Source: Sphyrna mokarran
Taxonomy: Eukaryota
NCBI GenBank assembly: GCA_024679065.1
Contig: JAGIQG010000023.1
Coordinates: forward strand, 43,710,001 to 43,774,000
Length of the DNA stretch: 64,000 nucleotides
Direction: 5' to 3'
The position numbers and the translations under genes are program-made. Under the pieces are notes generated by a model. The model was not told where the DNA came from and did not search any database. It saw only the letters and a program-made list of their open reading frames with translations. Positions 36,166 to 50,116 of the stretch are shown in pieces. The first letter of the stretch is position 1. Each line of letters begins with the position of its first letter.

Positions 36166-37509
36166 AATATATTAGAATTACAGAATGGAATCTCTAGTCT
36201 GGCAGCTGCAGAGAGCTTGGCGGGTGGAGGGGAACCTACTTTGACCTGAAGCCGAAAACCAATTTACGACAGCAGGGTGAAATGTAGGAGTTCGGTTCTT
36301 GAGACTTTGGAAGTGAGTCAAAGACTGGTCAGGCTTCTTGATGAATGGAATTGTGAAGCCCCTTAGCGTCTCCTGCATTCTCTTCAAAAAGTCACCTCAT
36401 CAGAGTTAATCCCCATCTCCAAATTAAGTTCCCCGTCAGTGAGAAATTAAAACACACACTTTCAGCTGATTGTGCCTGTGCTCACTCATTAAAAGAATAG
36501 CTATGCCTTGTCCCATGTCAACCTGTGCTGTGTGTTTACAGCTCTGCAGGTCCCTCATCCTGATGGATCATAGAACATAGAATCATAGAACCCTACAGTG
36601 CAGAAAGAGGCCCATCAAGTCTGCACCAAACACAATCCCACCCAGGCCCTATCCCCATATCCCTACATATTATATCCACTAATCCCTCTAACTTCAGCTA
36701 TCCTGGACACTAAGGGGCAATTTCTTGGCATGGCCAATCAACCTAACCTGCACATCTTTGTTCTGTCGGAGGAAACCGGAGCACCCGGAGGAAACCGAGA
36801 CACGAGGAGAATGTGCAAACTCCACACAGAGTTTCATCATCCTGTCTATATCTTCCTGAAGTCTACAACTATCCCCATCACCACCTACTCCTTTGCCAGC
36901 TTTTGTATCATCTGCCAGCCATGTTATGCTGCTCCTTACACTCAGCGAGAGTCAAGATTATTTTTAAATGGAAGGCTGAATTTTCCAGCCCTTCCTGCCA
37001 GCAGGACCTTCCAGTCCCACCAATAGTACCCCTCCCCATCCACCCCCCCAGCGAATTCCACGATGGCACTGCTGACCAATAATGCAAAATGCAGTAGACA
37101 TCAACAGGACTGGAAGATCCCATCAGCAATCAATGGCAACGTGCCATAATGTCCAGCTCAGAATAACAGACACAAGATTGATCCGTAGGTACTGCCACCA
37201 TGAATCATTCTCCTCAAGTCTGAAAAACATCCATCTAACATTGCCCTCTGCCCTCCTGTGACTCATTCAGGTCTTCATTCATATCCTCATTTTCCCCTTT
37301 GTTCCACCGGCTTCCCTGAACCCGAGTAATGGTTTCCAGTAACTTCACCTTAAGCAACGTTAAACTGACTGGTGTGTACTTTCCCAGTGTATCCCTCTCC
37401 CCTTTCTGGAATTGTGCTTTATATTCTGGAATAGCAACCCTGGTGCTCTGGGACTACTCTCAAATCCAATGAGAATTGAAAGATTGTGACCATAGCTTCT
37501 ACTGTAAAA

Positions 37510-37790
37510 CCATAAGACAGAGTATAATTATGACACGCGGCCCCTTGAGTCTGCTCTGCCATTCAATCATGGCTGATATTTTTCTCATTGCCATTCTCCT
37601 GCCTTTTCCCCATAACCCCAATCCCCTCATTAATCAAGAATCTATCCATCTCTGTCTTAACGACACTCAGTGACCTGGCCTCCACAGCCTTCTGTGGCAA
37701 AGAGTTCCACAAATTTACCTTTCTCTGGCTGAAGAAATTTCTTCTCATCTCTGTTTTAAATTATCGTCCCTTTAGCCTGAGGTCATACCC
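37510..37790 (-). mobile_element. CR1 3' end in APOBEC2 intron 1
   Basis: MRRNFFSQRKVNLWNSLPQKAVEA. Confidence 0.88.
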
Positions 37791-39329
37791 TATTATACCT
37801 TTAGTGCACAGTATTTATACCTTTGCTTCCTTTAGCAACCGTGAGTGAATTCTATCTAGACAAGTGACTTACCAACTTTCAGACATGCTAATATTTTTAC
37901 GACATACTGTATTACTTTCCTGCCCTAACTCCTCTTTTAGTGCCACCTTCACACTATCTGCTTGCTGTGTGAAGTTAGATTCAAAATAATCAGTGGCTAA
38001 TGGGCTGATTTTGTTTTTATGCTTCATCACATTAAAAGAAGGATCACCAGCTGAAGACAGAGCAGCAAGATTGGAGGCGAAAGTAGCTGAGGAATTGCTA
38101 CAGAATGCAGGAATACTGCAACTCACAGTATTTCACAAAGTGTTCACAACTGTGAGCAGTGTTGAGTAACAGGTTTAAAAGGCAGAAATAGCTCCATAAC
38201 TGTAGGAAAATCATAATCCGGGTGATTAGCATTGCTATCTCACAATGCCGGGGATCCAGCTTCAATCCCCGACCTTGGGTGACTGTCTGTGTGGAATTTG
38301 CACGTTTGTTCTGTGTCTGCGCAGGCTTCTTCAGGGTGCTCCGGTTTCCTTCCCAGACTCCAAAAGGGTTAGGTTAATTGGTCAGGTCAAATTGCCCCTT
38401 AGTGTCGAAAGATGTGTAGATTAAATGGATTAGCCGTGGTAGATATGTGGGGTTGCGGGGATGGGGCAGAGGACAGAGTCTGGGTGGCATATTCTTTTGG
38501 ACAGTCGGTGCAGACTCAATGGTTTGAACGGTCTCTTTCTGCACTCTTGGGAAGCTATGGTCCTATTCTACAGAGATAGTTAGTCTGAATCTTAAATCTA
38601 AAGTCCCACTGACCTATATTTAATATCTTTGGACTGATTTGGAAAAATCTGGGGTTGGACAAAACTGTTTGCCTTTATTGGAAGATTGTTCACTCACACC
38701 TTAGAAAAAGTCATTGATCATAAATAGTATTCCATGTTTACTTCACAACCTGTACATTAACTCTTTTATCATCAGCCTCCTTCAGTCATCATCTAAACAA
38801 GATTTACACAGTAGCTCACCAACCACCCTCCCTTATAGTAAACAATGGAATCATCCTTCTAAAAAAGGATCAGAACTTGATTAAATGGTTATAGATTCAT
38901 CGCAGTCTGAGAATGTTCAGTCCCTCCAGCTGAATCACTTCTCTCTTGGCTTCCTACAGCCTATACCTCTCTCTCAATTCCCCATTCGAACAACTTAAAA
39001 AGACAATGAACCCAATAAACAGAGGAGGAATGGCTAGATAGAACCAGGCGTTCTTAGTATGAGAGATTTATTCAAATATCTGGACACATATGAATCACAA
39101 AAATAGTGAGCCTGACTCAAAGAGATTGCAAAAAGTAGTGTTGAATATCTGACATGCATTTCCTCCAAACCAGCCTGGGATCACTGAAATTCTCCTATAG
39201 TATGTGTATCTATTGTCGATAGTGTATAACCTCCAAAGTTATACTCCAAAACCCCAAGTAAAGAAGGGCAGAACTGAAGCCAAATCTTTAAAATTTGACA
39301 ATATTTATCATAATTTATTATTAAGTATT

Positions 39330-39710
39330 TATTATCTGGAGCGTAGAAGATTGAGGGATGGTCTTATAGAGGTCTATAAAATAATGAGGGGCATAAATCA
39401 GCTGGATAGTCAATATCTTTTCCCAAAGGTCGGTGAATCTAAAACTAAAGAGCATAGGTTTAAGGTGAGAGGGGAGAGATACAAAAGGGTCCAGAGGGGC
39501 AATTTTTTCACACAGAGGATGCTGAGTGTCTGGAATAAGCTGCCAGAGGTAGTAGTAAAGGCGAGCGCAATTTTGCCTTTTAAAAAACATTTCAGACAGT
39601 TTCATGAGTAAGATGGATATAAAGGGATATGGGCCAAATGCGCACAAAAGGGTGGCATGGACAATTTGGGCCGAAGGGCCTGTTTCCATGCTGTAAACCT
39701 CTATGGCTCT
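39330..39710 (+). mobile_element. CR1 3' end in APOBEC2 intron 1
   Basis: LERRRLRDGLIEVYKI...NFFTQRMLSVWNKLP; same subfamily as 58925-59400. Confidence 0.9.
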
Positions 39711-40758
39711 ATTAACAGAGATACTCATCACAAACACACACCTCCTCACCCAAAGAAGAGCCGGTTCAGTCATTTCCTATTGATGGGAGCACAAGTGAAT
39801 TTATAATTAATGCTCACTAACTACATTCATTTAAATAAAATCAATAGTCAATTAGCAATGCGTAGCCTTGTGGCGGTATTTGATATATCGTTCATGTAAA
39901 ACTACATATTACAATGTATGTAGAAAGAAGTTTTGTATTTAGAGAGCACCTTATGGTAATTCTTCCCTCAAAGGACTTCAGATAGAATTAATTACTTTTT
40001 AGGAAACATATTAATAGTTCATACATATACAAACCCATTTTCATGTTTGCATGTGTACAATACTTGCACATTCCTGTGAACTTATTTGACACAATGATTG
40101 AGGGTCACTTTTCCTTATTGTTTATTCTACAATCGTCTATTGGCAGTTCCAGCCAGAACCCTCTGTGTGCTGTCTGTCACAGACAGACACAGTCACAGAC
40201 AGTCACAGACTGGCCAGCGCTGGGGTACAAACCGAAAGGTTCCTGAAGGCAGGGCTTGCTCTGTGCTGGGAGAGTGAACATGAAAAGCCAGACACTCACC
40301 TTGCAACATCTGTTCAAAAAACTCCGACACACAGGCTTATAAATCCAGAGATAACAGTTGGTGACCAAATACTCCAAGCATTTCTAAGCCTGCTTATAAT
40401 AGCTGGATTAATTCCTGCACTGAAACAGTCAGCAAGTCAATCCCAGTGGAATGTACAGAAAAATATATTAATTCACTAATATCACCTATATATGGTGCAT
40501 ATCAGTGTTTTTAACTTGGGCTTCAGTTTATATTCAATGAATCACTTTCTTTCTCACAAAAAATATTTCTTACTGCACTTGCCAAATTTAAACAGTGTCT
40601 GGCATATCTTGATCAACGGTAAAAGTTCTTTCTATATGATGTATTAGCATAGTCAATAGCTTGGGTTTTACTCCAAAATGAAAAATGGTTTATCAAATTC
40701 CTAACTAATTTTTCCTTCCTTTCTGAAATAGCATTAATGGAAGAGCTTCCACACTCAC

Positions 40759-40892
40759 CCTATAATTGTTTCAAAGGGCCCCAGTTCGGGGAGTTCCAAT
40801 TTCTCTGTGTTAGTCTCTCCATCTGTTTCATCTTCTGCAGGTTTCTCATTTGCAGCCGCCTTATTTTTTTCCTTGGTCACCTTTTCAGCCAT
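40759..40892 (-). CDS. APOBEC2: APOBEC2 coding exon 1
   Basis: ATG at 40892 in context acaATGg. Translates MAEKVTKEKNKAAANEKPAEDETDGETNTEKLELPELGPFETIIG (cf. human ...IELPPFEIVTG). Donor GG|gtgagt is phase 2, compatible with the next exon. Confidence 0.93.
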
Positions 40893-41130
40893 TGTGGACA
40901 GAATCCCGACAGCTCAGTGCACTGTGATCAGACTGAAGACAGCTCTGCACTCAGCAAGCCAGTCCACCCTGTCATATTAATCCACTCACACTAAATAAGG
41001 GAGCAAAGGAGGAGGCGAGTTCCTCCAGCCCAAAATAAACCGCGGTCAGTTCATTCCATCAGTCACAGGCAGCTCTCCCCAAGCTACACATTCTTCCCAT
41101 TGGATGCAGTGTTTTCTTTCCAACACAGTG
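40893..41130 (-). promoter_or_regulatory. Putative APOBEC2 5'UTR and proximal promoter
   Basis: Repeat-free segment directly upstream of the ATG. On the - strand it has an AT-rich TATA-like TTAATAT (about 40974-40980), a TGACAG motif, and a CArG-like CCTTATTTAG with one mismatch (40991-41000). Confidence 0.4.
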
Positions 41131-41134
41131 TAAG

Positions 41135-41703
41135 GTTTATTTATCAGGCTTACATCAACACTGCAATGAAGTTACTGTGAAAAATCCCCTAATCATCATA
41201 CTCCAGCGCCTGTTTGGGGGCGCTGAGGGAGATTTTAGCATGGCCAATCCAGCTAACCAGCAGTTTTTTTCGACTGTGTGGGAGGAAACTGGAGCACGCA
41301 GAGGAAACCCACGTAGACATGGGGAGAATGTGCAGACTCCACATAGACGGTGACCCAAACCAGAAATTGAACTCGGGTCCCAGGAGCTGTAAGCCAGCAG
41401 TGCTGTTCACTGTGCTTCCGGCATTGTTGCAAATAGGTTTACATTAACACTGCAATGAAGTTACTGTGAAAATTCCCTAGTCGCCACACCCTGTTCGGGT
41501 ACTCTGAGGGAGAATTTTGCACGGCCAGTGCATCTAACCAGCACATCTCTCAGACTGTGGGAGGAAACCAGAGAATCTGGAGGAAACCCATGCAGACACG
41601 AGGAGAATGTGCAAACTCCATATAGACAGTGACCCAAGCTGGGAATCGAACCTGTGTCTCTGGCGCTGTGAGACAGCAGTGCCAACAACTGTGCTGCGCC
41701 CAT
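41135..41703 (-). mobile_element. Two tandem HE1-like type 2 SINEs upstream of APOBEC2
   Basis: Copies at about 41135-41420 and 41432-41703, each with head, core and tail. Confidence 0.85.
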
Positions 41704-42440
41704 AGTTGTTCCTGCTCTTCATCCTTCACTTTGCTTTTAGCCTTAGCTTGAATATTTTATCAAAATAAAACATACCATCGCTTCTTCACAAATGTACACT
41801 TCTGAAAAGAACGACAAATCATTTCTTTAATCTGTGTGGGGTACAACTCCATCAGTAGTAGTTGGTATCTTGCCCAACTGACTGTCCTTCATGTGCAAGC
41901 ATTTATTTATAAATTTATTCAATCACATCTCCTGCCAGATCCTCTTCTTACTCAGTGCTCATGCTCTAACCAGGAGGAGTCTCTAGATGATGTTGAGGAA
42001 CCAGAAACTCGATTGACATTTTCCTCTCTTCAGTGTAGACTCTTCGAGACTAAACTGCAGCACCTTAACCCATTTCAGTTGGCAATCTCTCCCTCAGTTA
42101 GTTTGTCAACACTGAATCTAAGGATGTTTTAGTGTCTCGAGTAAGTTTCATTCCCTATCTCTTCCTCCTCCTCACTTTCTCACTACAATATTACAATAAA
42201 ATATTTTATTGACACAATTTGGGCTTTTCTGAGTTTTAAAGGTTATGGTGAGACTCAGAACAAATTAGAACAAAGCCACTCAGGATGATTTCAGGAAGAG
42301 CTACGCACAAAATGTAGCGAAAATCTGAACCACAAAACTAGGGTGGCACAGTGGTTAGAACTGCTGCTCTATGGCTTCAGAGACTTGGGTTCAATTCCAG
42401 CCTTGGCTCACTGTCTGTTGGAGGTTGCACATTCTCACTC

Positions 42441-44199
42441 TTTTATATATTTTCAATACATAAAAGATAAGAGAGAGGCAAAAATAGCTATTGGACCCCT
42501 GAAAAATGAGGCTGGAGAAGTAATAATAGGAAACAAAGCAATGGCAGAGGATCTGAATAGTTACTTTGCATCAGTCTTCACAATGGAAGACATCAATGGG
42601 ATGTCAGAGTTCCAGGAGAGTTAGGGGACACAGGTGAGTGTAGTGGCCATCACTAAGGAATAGGTTCTGGGAAAACTGAAGGTGGATAAATCACCTGGAC
42701 CAGATCGACTACACCCCAGGGTTCTAAAAGAGATAGCTGAGGAATTCGTGGAGGCGTTGGTAGTGATCTTTCAGGAAGCAGGGAAGGTACCAGAGGATGG
42801 AAAGTAGTTAATATAACACTGCTGTTTAAGAAGGGAAGGAGGCAGCAGAAGGGAAATTATAGGTCAGTTAGCCTGACTTTGTTCATTGGCAAGATTTTGG
42901 CGTCTGTTATTAGAGATGTAGTTGGAAGTGCATAATAAAGTAGGACGGAGTCAGCACAGCTTTGTCAAGGAGAGGTCGTGTCTGACAAATCTGTTACTTT
43001 GAGGAGGTAACAAGGAAGTTAGATAAAGGGGAATCAGTGAACGTGATTTATTTAGATTTTCAGAAGGCCCCTGACAAGATGCCACATAGGAGACTGTTAA
43101 ATAAGCTAAGTGCCCATGGTGTTAAGGGTTAGATCCTGGCATAGGTAGAGGATTGGCCAACTGGGAGCAGGCAGAGAGTGGGGATAAAGGGATCCTTTTC
43201 AGGATGGCAACCAGTGACTAGTGGTGTGCCTCAGGGGTCAGAGCTGGGACCACAATATACATTAACGATTTGGAGGAAGGACTGAAGGCACTGTTGCTAA
43301 GTTTGCAGATGATGCAAAGATATATAGAGAGACAGGTAGCACTGAGGAAGCAGGGCAGCTGCAGAAGGACTTGGACAGGTTAAGAGAGTTGGCAAAGAAG
43401 TGGCAGATGGAATACAATGTGAAAAAGTGTGAGATTATGCACTTTGGAAGAAGGAATGGAGGTATAGACTATTTTCTGAATGGGAAAATACTTAGGAAAT
43501 CAGAAATACAAAGGGATTGGGAGTCATTGTTTAAGACTCTCTTAAGGTTAATGTGCAGGTTCAGTCGGCAGTTAGGAAAGCAAATGCAATGTTAGCATTC
43601 ATGCCGAGAGGGTTAGAACACAAGAGGCTGTATCAGACTCTGGTCAGACCTTATTTGGAGAACTGTGAGCAGTTTTGGGCCCCATATCTAAGGGAGGATG
43701 TGCCGGCCTTGGAAAGGGTCCAGAAGAGGTTCACAAGAATGATCCCTGGAATGAAGAGCTTGTTGTATGAGGAGCAGTTGAGAACACTGGGTCTGTACAC
43801 ATTAGAGTTTAGAAGGATGAGGGGAGGATCTTATTGAAACTTACACAATACTGCAAGGCCTGGATAGAGTGGATGTGGAGACGATGTTTCCACCAGTAGG
43901 AAAACCTAGAGGGCACAACCTCAGGCTAAAGAGACGATCCTTTAAAACAGAGGTGAGGGGAATTTCTTCAGCCAGAGAATGGTGAATCTGTGGAATTCCT
44001 TGCTGCAGAAGGCTGAGGAGGTCATTGAGTGTCTTTAAGACAGAGATGGATAGATTATTGATTAATAAGGGGATCAGGCATTATGGGGAGAAGGCAGGAG
44101 AATGGAGATGAAAAAAAATCAGTTATGATTGAATGGCAGAGCAGACTCGATGGGCCGAGTGGCCTGATTCTACTTCCATGTCTATGGCCTTATACTCTT
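42441..44199 (+). mobile_element. CR1-clade LINE, 5'-truncated and decayed
   Basis: KSPGPD, GNYRSVSLT, GVPQGS, KFADD and VRPYLENCEQFWAP remnants; inserted in a SINE. Confidence 0.92.
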
Positions 44200-44999
44200 A
44201 TGGTTTGCTCTGGTTTCCTTCCACTGTCCAAAGGTGTGCAGGTTAGGTTGATTGGTCGTGCTAAATTACCCCTTAGTGTCCAAAGATGAGTAAATTAGGG
44301 AGATTAGCCATGGTAAGTGTGTGAGGTTACGGGATAGGCTGGGGGAGAGAGCCTGGGTAAGATTCTCTGCCACAGAGTTGGTGCAGAATTGATGGGCAGA
44401 ATAGCCTCCTTTTGTGACGGGGTCAATTGAAAAGTTCACAACTGAGACTGTTTTTTTATTAGGTAAAAATATTAAGAAATATGAAATGAGGTGAGTAGTT
44501 GGAATCAGCCATTGGTTAATGATTTTAATAATTTGTTTGTGGGATTAATGAACCAGAATTGAGGCCTGTTCACTGTTCCTATGGGTTCTCTACATTCTGA
44601 TAATGGCACCATTATCAATTATTCTAAGAGGCAGAAGTTTGAAATCCATCAATTATTCTGATTGTTCCTTTACTTTACAATCTTTTCTGTAGGCCCAATG
44701 ATTTAGATGTTTATCCTTGAGTGGTATAGCCTAGGAATGTCCACTCATTCCCTATAACCTGCACTGTGTTAGCTTATATTAATAAAAGGAGTGCCACTGC
44801 GATGGTAAGTATCGGACTCCTGATATCAGAATGTTCTTTACACTTGATTGTTATGTAGTGACCTGTAGAAATAGTGGATAGATCAAGCCTGAGTGAAGTT
44901 GTCCTCCACAATAAAGAGCTGATTGACTTCTAACATTATATATGTTTCTAGTAAATAGGTTCCTATGTTCTGATTTGATTTATTATTGTTACATGTATT

Positions 45000-45345
45000 C
45001 ATAGAATCATGGAAACCCTACAGTGCAGAAAGAGGCCATTTGGCCCATCAAGTCTGCACCAACCACAATCACAAACAGGCCCTACCCCATATCCCTATAT
45101 ATTTACCCACTAATCCCTCTAACCTATGCCTCTCAGGACTCTAAGGGGCAATTTCTTAACATGGCCAATCAACTTAACCCGCACATCTTTGGGCTGTGGG
45201 AGGAAACTGGAGCACCCGGAGGAAACCCAGGCAGACACAAGGAGAATGTGCAAACTCCACACAGACAGTGACCCAAGCTGCGAATCGAACCCAGATCCCT
45301 GGAGCTGTGAAGCAGCAGTGCTAACCACTGTGCTACTGTGCCACC
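45000..45345 (-). mobile_element. Full-length HE1-like SINE type 1 with target-site duplication
   Basis: Flanked by TGTATT at 44994-44999 and 45346-45351. Other - copies at about 33434-33615, 36568-36830, 52231-52525 and 53643-53930. Confidence 0.88.
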
Positions 45346-46162
45346 TGTATTAGTATACAGTGAAAAGTATTGTTTCTTGCATGCTGTACAAACAAAGCAT
45401 ACCATTCTTTCCACTTTTCTCCTTCTGCTTTTCTACTGTTTTCTCTACTTTCTATTTATTTCCCCATTTGGTTCTGACCTTTTTGTTTATTTGACACTTT
45501 CCTCTCCCTAAGTATTTCTTCCCCAATCCTGCGTGGTTTCCCCTGTAAATTGTCCACAGTAATAGTTGAGCAAACACATTTTCTCTATTTATTAAATGCA
45601 CTTTTAATCCATCGACAGCTGCCTTTTCTGTGCAAAATCCAACTGGCAAGTCAAGACAGATATCTCAGCCAATGGTGAATAGATCTCAGATTTAGGGTGT
45701 AGAACAGTTTCTCGACATTATAGGACATGCAGTACCTGCGCACTGACATTGGAACCTGCACAGTCTAATGCGCAGCTTAGAGTGCTGTGTACAGACACTT
45801 CTAATAACTTTTCTTTTAGTAATTGAGATTGTGGCAAAGCTGTGAAAAAAAACAGGGGTGGGAAGTTACTGAGTGCTGGTCCAATGAACCAAATGGGGAA
45901 GTGTGACACCGCAATAATGGAAAGGTTTCGGGAAGAAATAATTTCTCTTAAAATAGAATTATGTGAAGTGATGATATCCAACTGGGAATGTGATTGATCC
46001 TCAAGTCATGTGAAGTCATTAATTGTATCTGAAATTTGCTTTTTCCTGGCTTGTCAAGTGAGTAACACCCATAACTCCTGCTGCTGCTGCTGGCTTTGCA
46101 AAAAAGCTATATGGTGACCCAGTGGTTAGCACTGCTGCATCACAGCCCCAGGGATGTGGGTT

Positions 46163-46552
46163 CATAGAATATAGAACAGTGCGGTACAGTACAGGCCCTT
46201 CGGCCCTCAATGTTGTTCTAAGCTATGTCTGAATCCAAGATCGAGCTATCCCACTCCCTATCGTTCTGGAGTGCTCCATGTGCCTATCCAATAACCATTT
46301 GAAAGTTCCTGAAGTGTCTGACTCCACTATCACAGCAGGCAGTGTATTCCACACCCCAACCACTCTCTGAGTAAAGAATCTACTTTGGACATCCCTCCTA
46401 TATCTCCCACCATGAACCTTAAAGTTATGCCCCCTAGTAACAGCTACATCCACCTGAGGAAATAGTCTCTGCATGTTCACTCTATCTATCACCTTCATCA
46501 TCTTATAAACCTCTTCTAAGTCACTTCTCTTCCTTCTCCGCTCTAAAGAGAA
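46163..46552 (-). mobile_element. CR1 3' end inserted in a SINE
   Basis: TRGHNFKV...FFTQRVVGVWNTLP plus tail; splits the SINE into 46113-46162 and 46553-46805. Confidence 0.88.
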
Positions 46553-47399
46553 ATGAGTGATTGAATTCCTGGTTGTGATTCTGTCTGTATGGAGTTTGCA
46601 CGTTCTCCCTGTGTCTGTGGGGGTTTCTTCCAGTTTCCTCCCACAGTCTGAAAGACATGCCAGTTAGTGCATTGGCTGTGCTAAATTCTCCCTCAGTGTA
46701 CCAGAATAGGCACAGGAGTCACAGGTGGCAACTAGGGGATTTTCACACTAACTTCATTGCAATGTTAATTTAAGCTATTTGTGACACTTATAAATAAACT
46801 TTAAATCTTAAGATGGGGGTGGCTAATGCCTTGTCCTAACCAAAAGACAGAGCCATAATGGACTTTTACACAGTCAGTGCAAAGCTAGGGGACCTAAACC
46901 AATGGTGTTGATCAGTATGAAACAACTTGGAGCAAGGAAGGAACCAGAGTTCTTACTGCTGGCCATTATCAAACAATGGAAGTGTCTTTTCTGTGGGTGT
47001 GACTGCGCGATATGCAATTATGCTCCAGCTTTGAGTGAATTGTGCCTGCTGTACTGGGTTTGCAAGGGTTAATATGTGGCATTGCTTATAAAGCACCTCC
47101 CAGAACGAAGATGTGAGCAAAGTCATGTAGAATCGTGTAGAGAATGTGCATCTCTGCAGTGTAATTCTTATATGTGTATTGCTGTACACAGTTCAGTTGT
47201 CGCTAAGGAAACAGTTGTTGTTTAGATATACCAATGCCTCAGCAATCTTTCCTCAGCTAGACTAACCAACATACAGCAGTGTCCACTCGGAAAATGTGCT
47301 GAAGGGTATTCGATACTTTAGAACTCTTACCCAGCAATGGGTCAGAAGAGAAGGACGTCAAGTTCTGATGTTTATGATAAGAATCTGAAGCTTCAGCGA

Positions 47400-49230
47400 A
47401 ATACAGCAAAGGCTGATTCCTGGGATGGCAGGAATATATGGCAGGATGGCAGATATAAGGACAGACTAATTCAGTTAGAGTTTCGAAGAGTGAGAGGGGA
47501 TCTCATAGGAACTTATAAAATTCTGACAGAGTTAGACAGGGTAAATTCAGAAATCATGTTCCTAACGTTCCCTTGAAGAAGACTGGTTTTGAAATTGCAG
47601 GGGCCCTGACAGATATATTTAAAATATCCACGGATGAGGTGCCGGATGATTGGAGGATGGCTCATGTTGTTCTGTTGTTTAAAAAAGGCTCAAAAAGTAA
47701 CCTGGGAAATTATAGACCAGTAAGTTTGACATCAGTAGTAGGTAAATTATTGGAAGGAGTACTAAGAGATAGGATCTACAAATACTTAGATAAACAGGGA
47801 TTTATTAGCGAGAGTCAACATGGTTTTGTGAGTGGTTAGAGTTTTTTGAAGAAGTTATCAGGAAAGTGGATGAAGTGAAAGCAGTGGATGTTGTCTACAT
47901 GGAGTTTAGTAAGGCCTTTATAAATCAAAGTACTGAGTATAAGAATTGGAATGGTGAGGTTGTATAAGTCATAGAACATAGAACATTACAGCGCAGAACA
48001 GGCCCTTCGGCCTTCGATGTTGTGCCGACCAATTAAGAAAAAGCAATGACCCTCTAACTTAAACCATTCCCTTTTCGTCCATAAACTTATCTACTAACCT
48101 CTTAAACGCCACCAAACTTGGCGCATCTACAACTGCAGCAGGCAGGGCATTCCATACCCTTACCACCCTCTGGGTAAAGAACCTACCTCTGACATCCGTC
48201 CTATAACTACCACCCCTTAATTTAAAGCTATGTCCCCTCGTGCTAGCTTTCTCCATCCTAGGAAAAAGGCTATCACTGTCCACCCTATCTAAACCTCTAA
48301 TCATCTTATATGTTTCAATAAGGTCTCCTCTTAGCCGCCTTCTTTCTAACGAAAACAACCTCAAATCCCTCAGCCTCTCTTCGATGAGGCTGAATTTAGA
48401 GTATTGTGTGCAGTTTTGGTCACCTAATTACAGGAAGGATGTTAATAAAATTGAAAGAGTGCAGAGAAGATTTACAAGGACGTTGCCGGAACTTGAGAAA
48501 CTGAGTTACAGAGAAAAGTTGAATAGGTTAGGACTTTATTCCCTGGAGCATAGAAGAATGAGAGGTGATTTGATAGAGGTGTATAAAATTATGATGGGTA
48601 TAGATAGAATAAATGTAAGCAGGCTTTTCCCACTAAGGATAGAGGAGAAAAAGAAATTAGAGGACATGGGTTAAGGGTGAAGGGAGAAAAGTTTAAGGGA
48701 AATATTAGGGGGAGGTTCTTCACACAGAGAGTTGTGAGAGTGTGGAATGAGCTGTCGGATAAAGTGGTAAATGCAGGCTGACTTTTAACATTTAAGAAAA
48801 GCTTGGACAGGTACATGGATGAGAGGGGTGTGGAGGGATAGATTCTAGGTGCAGGTCAGTCGGACTAGGCAGAAAAATAGTTCGGCACAGTCAAGAAGAG
48901 CCAAAGGGCCTGTTTTTGTGCTATCGTGTTCTATGGTTCTATGGTGAGGGAGTCCAAAATTAGGGGTCATAATTTGAGGATAAGAGATGGGGAGAAATTT
49001 CTTCACCAGGAGGGTGGTAAATGTGTGGAATTCACTTCCACAGAAAGTAGTTGAGGCCAAAACATTGTCTGATTTCAAAAAGAAATTCTGGGACTAAAGG
49101 GATCAAAAATATTGGAGGAAGAGGGGATCAGGATATTGAATTCAATGATCAACCATAATCAAGATGAATGAGGGAGCAGGATCGAAGGGCTGAATGGCCT
49201 CCTCCTGCTTCTACTTTCTATGTTTCTACA
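47400..49230. mobile_element. Three nested CR1 copies
   Basis: Outer + copy split near 47568/48942; middle + copy about 47570-48942 (GNYRPVSLTSVVGK); inner - copy about 47969-48383. Confidence 0.85.
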
Positions 49231-49690
49231 GAGGGTTAACTGAGCTGCCATCTTGTTGGTGCACATTAACCATGACCGTAGTGAACCAAACCATCAGCAA
49301 ACGCTATTGGGTCTATGCTCCTGATTATGGTCTCCTCTCCTATTTTAGCCCAGTGATTCCCTTCCATTTTTAGAAATGCTGTCTGCGGCGTTCAAATCAG
49401 TGGCATGGTCTGAGCCATAAACTTTCATTGCCAGTGAAACTCTATCAACGGCCAATTCTGATCTGCCTCATCATCAAAATGTGACTTCACTTTGGCAAGT
49501 CTAATCCAGGAATCCTCCGAGGCTGGAGCAAGGAGCAGGTACAACCACTGAACTGAAATCATCTGAGAGCAGGAAGATCGTAATTATACTGAAAGGATAA
49601 AAACCAGCACAAAATCTGTGCTCTGATAATACATTTAAGATTTATTTATTAGTCATAAATCGGCTTAAATTAACACTGCAATAAAGTTAC

Positions 49691-50116
49691 TTTGATTTGA
49701 TTAGATTTATTATTGCCACGTGTATTAACATGCAGTGAAAAGTATTGTTTCTTGCACGCTGGACAGACAAGACATACCATTCATAGAGAAGAAAAGGAGA
49801 GAGTACAGAATGTAGTGTTGCAGTCAGAGCTAGGGTGTAGAGAAAGATCAACTTCATGCAAGGTAAGTCCATTCAAAAGTCTGACAGCTGGAGGAAAGAA
49901 GCTGTTCTTGAGTCAGTCGGTACATGACCTCAGATTTTTGTATCTTTTTCCTGAAGGAAGAAGGTGGTAGAGAGAATGTCCGGGGTGCCTGGGGTCCTTG
50001 ATTATGCTGGCTGCTTTGCTGAGGCAGTAAGAAGTGTAGACTGATTCATTGGATGGGAGGCTGGTTCTCGTGATGGATTGGGCTACATTCACAAAGTTTT
50101 GTAGTTCCTTGCAGTC
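49691..50116 (-). mobile_element. Rex1/Babar-like LINE 3' end
   Basis: YTSYCLSKAASIIKDP.HPGHSL...LPSGKRYK..RLKNSFFP.AVRLLN pattern with an (ATCAA)n tail; inserted into a SINE. Confidence 0.75.
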
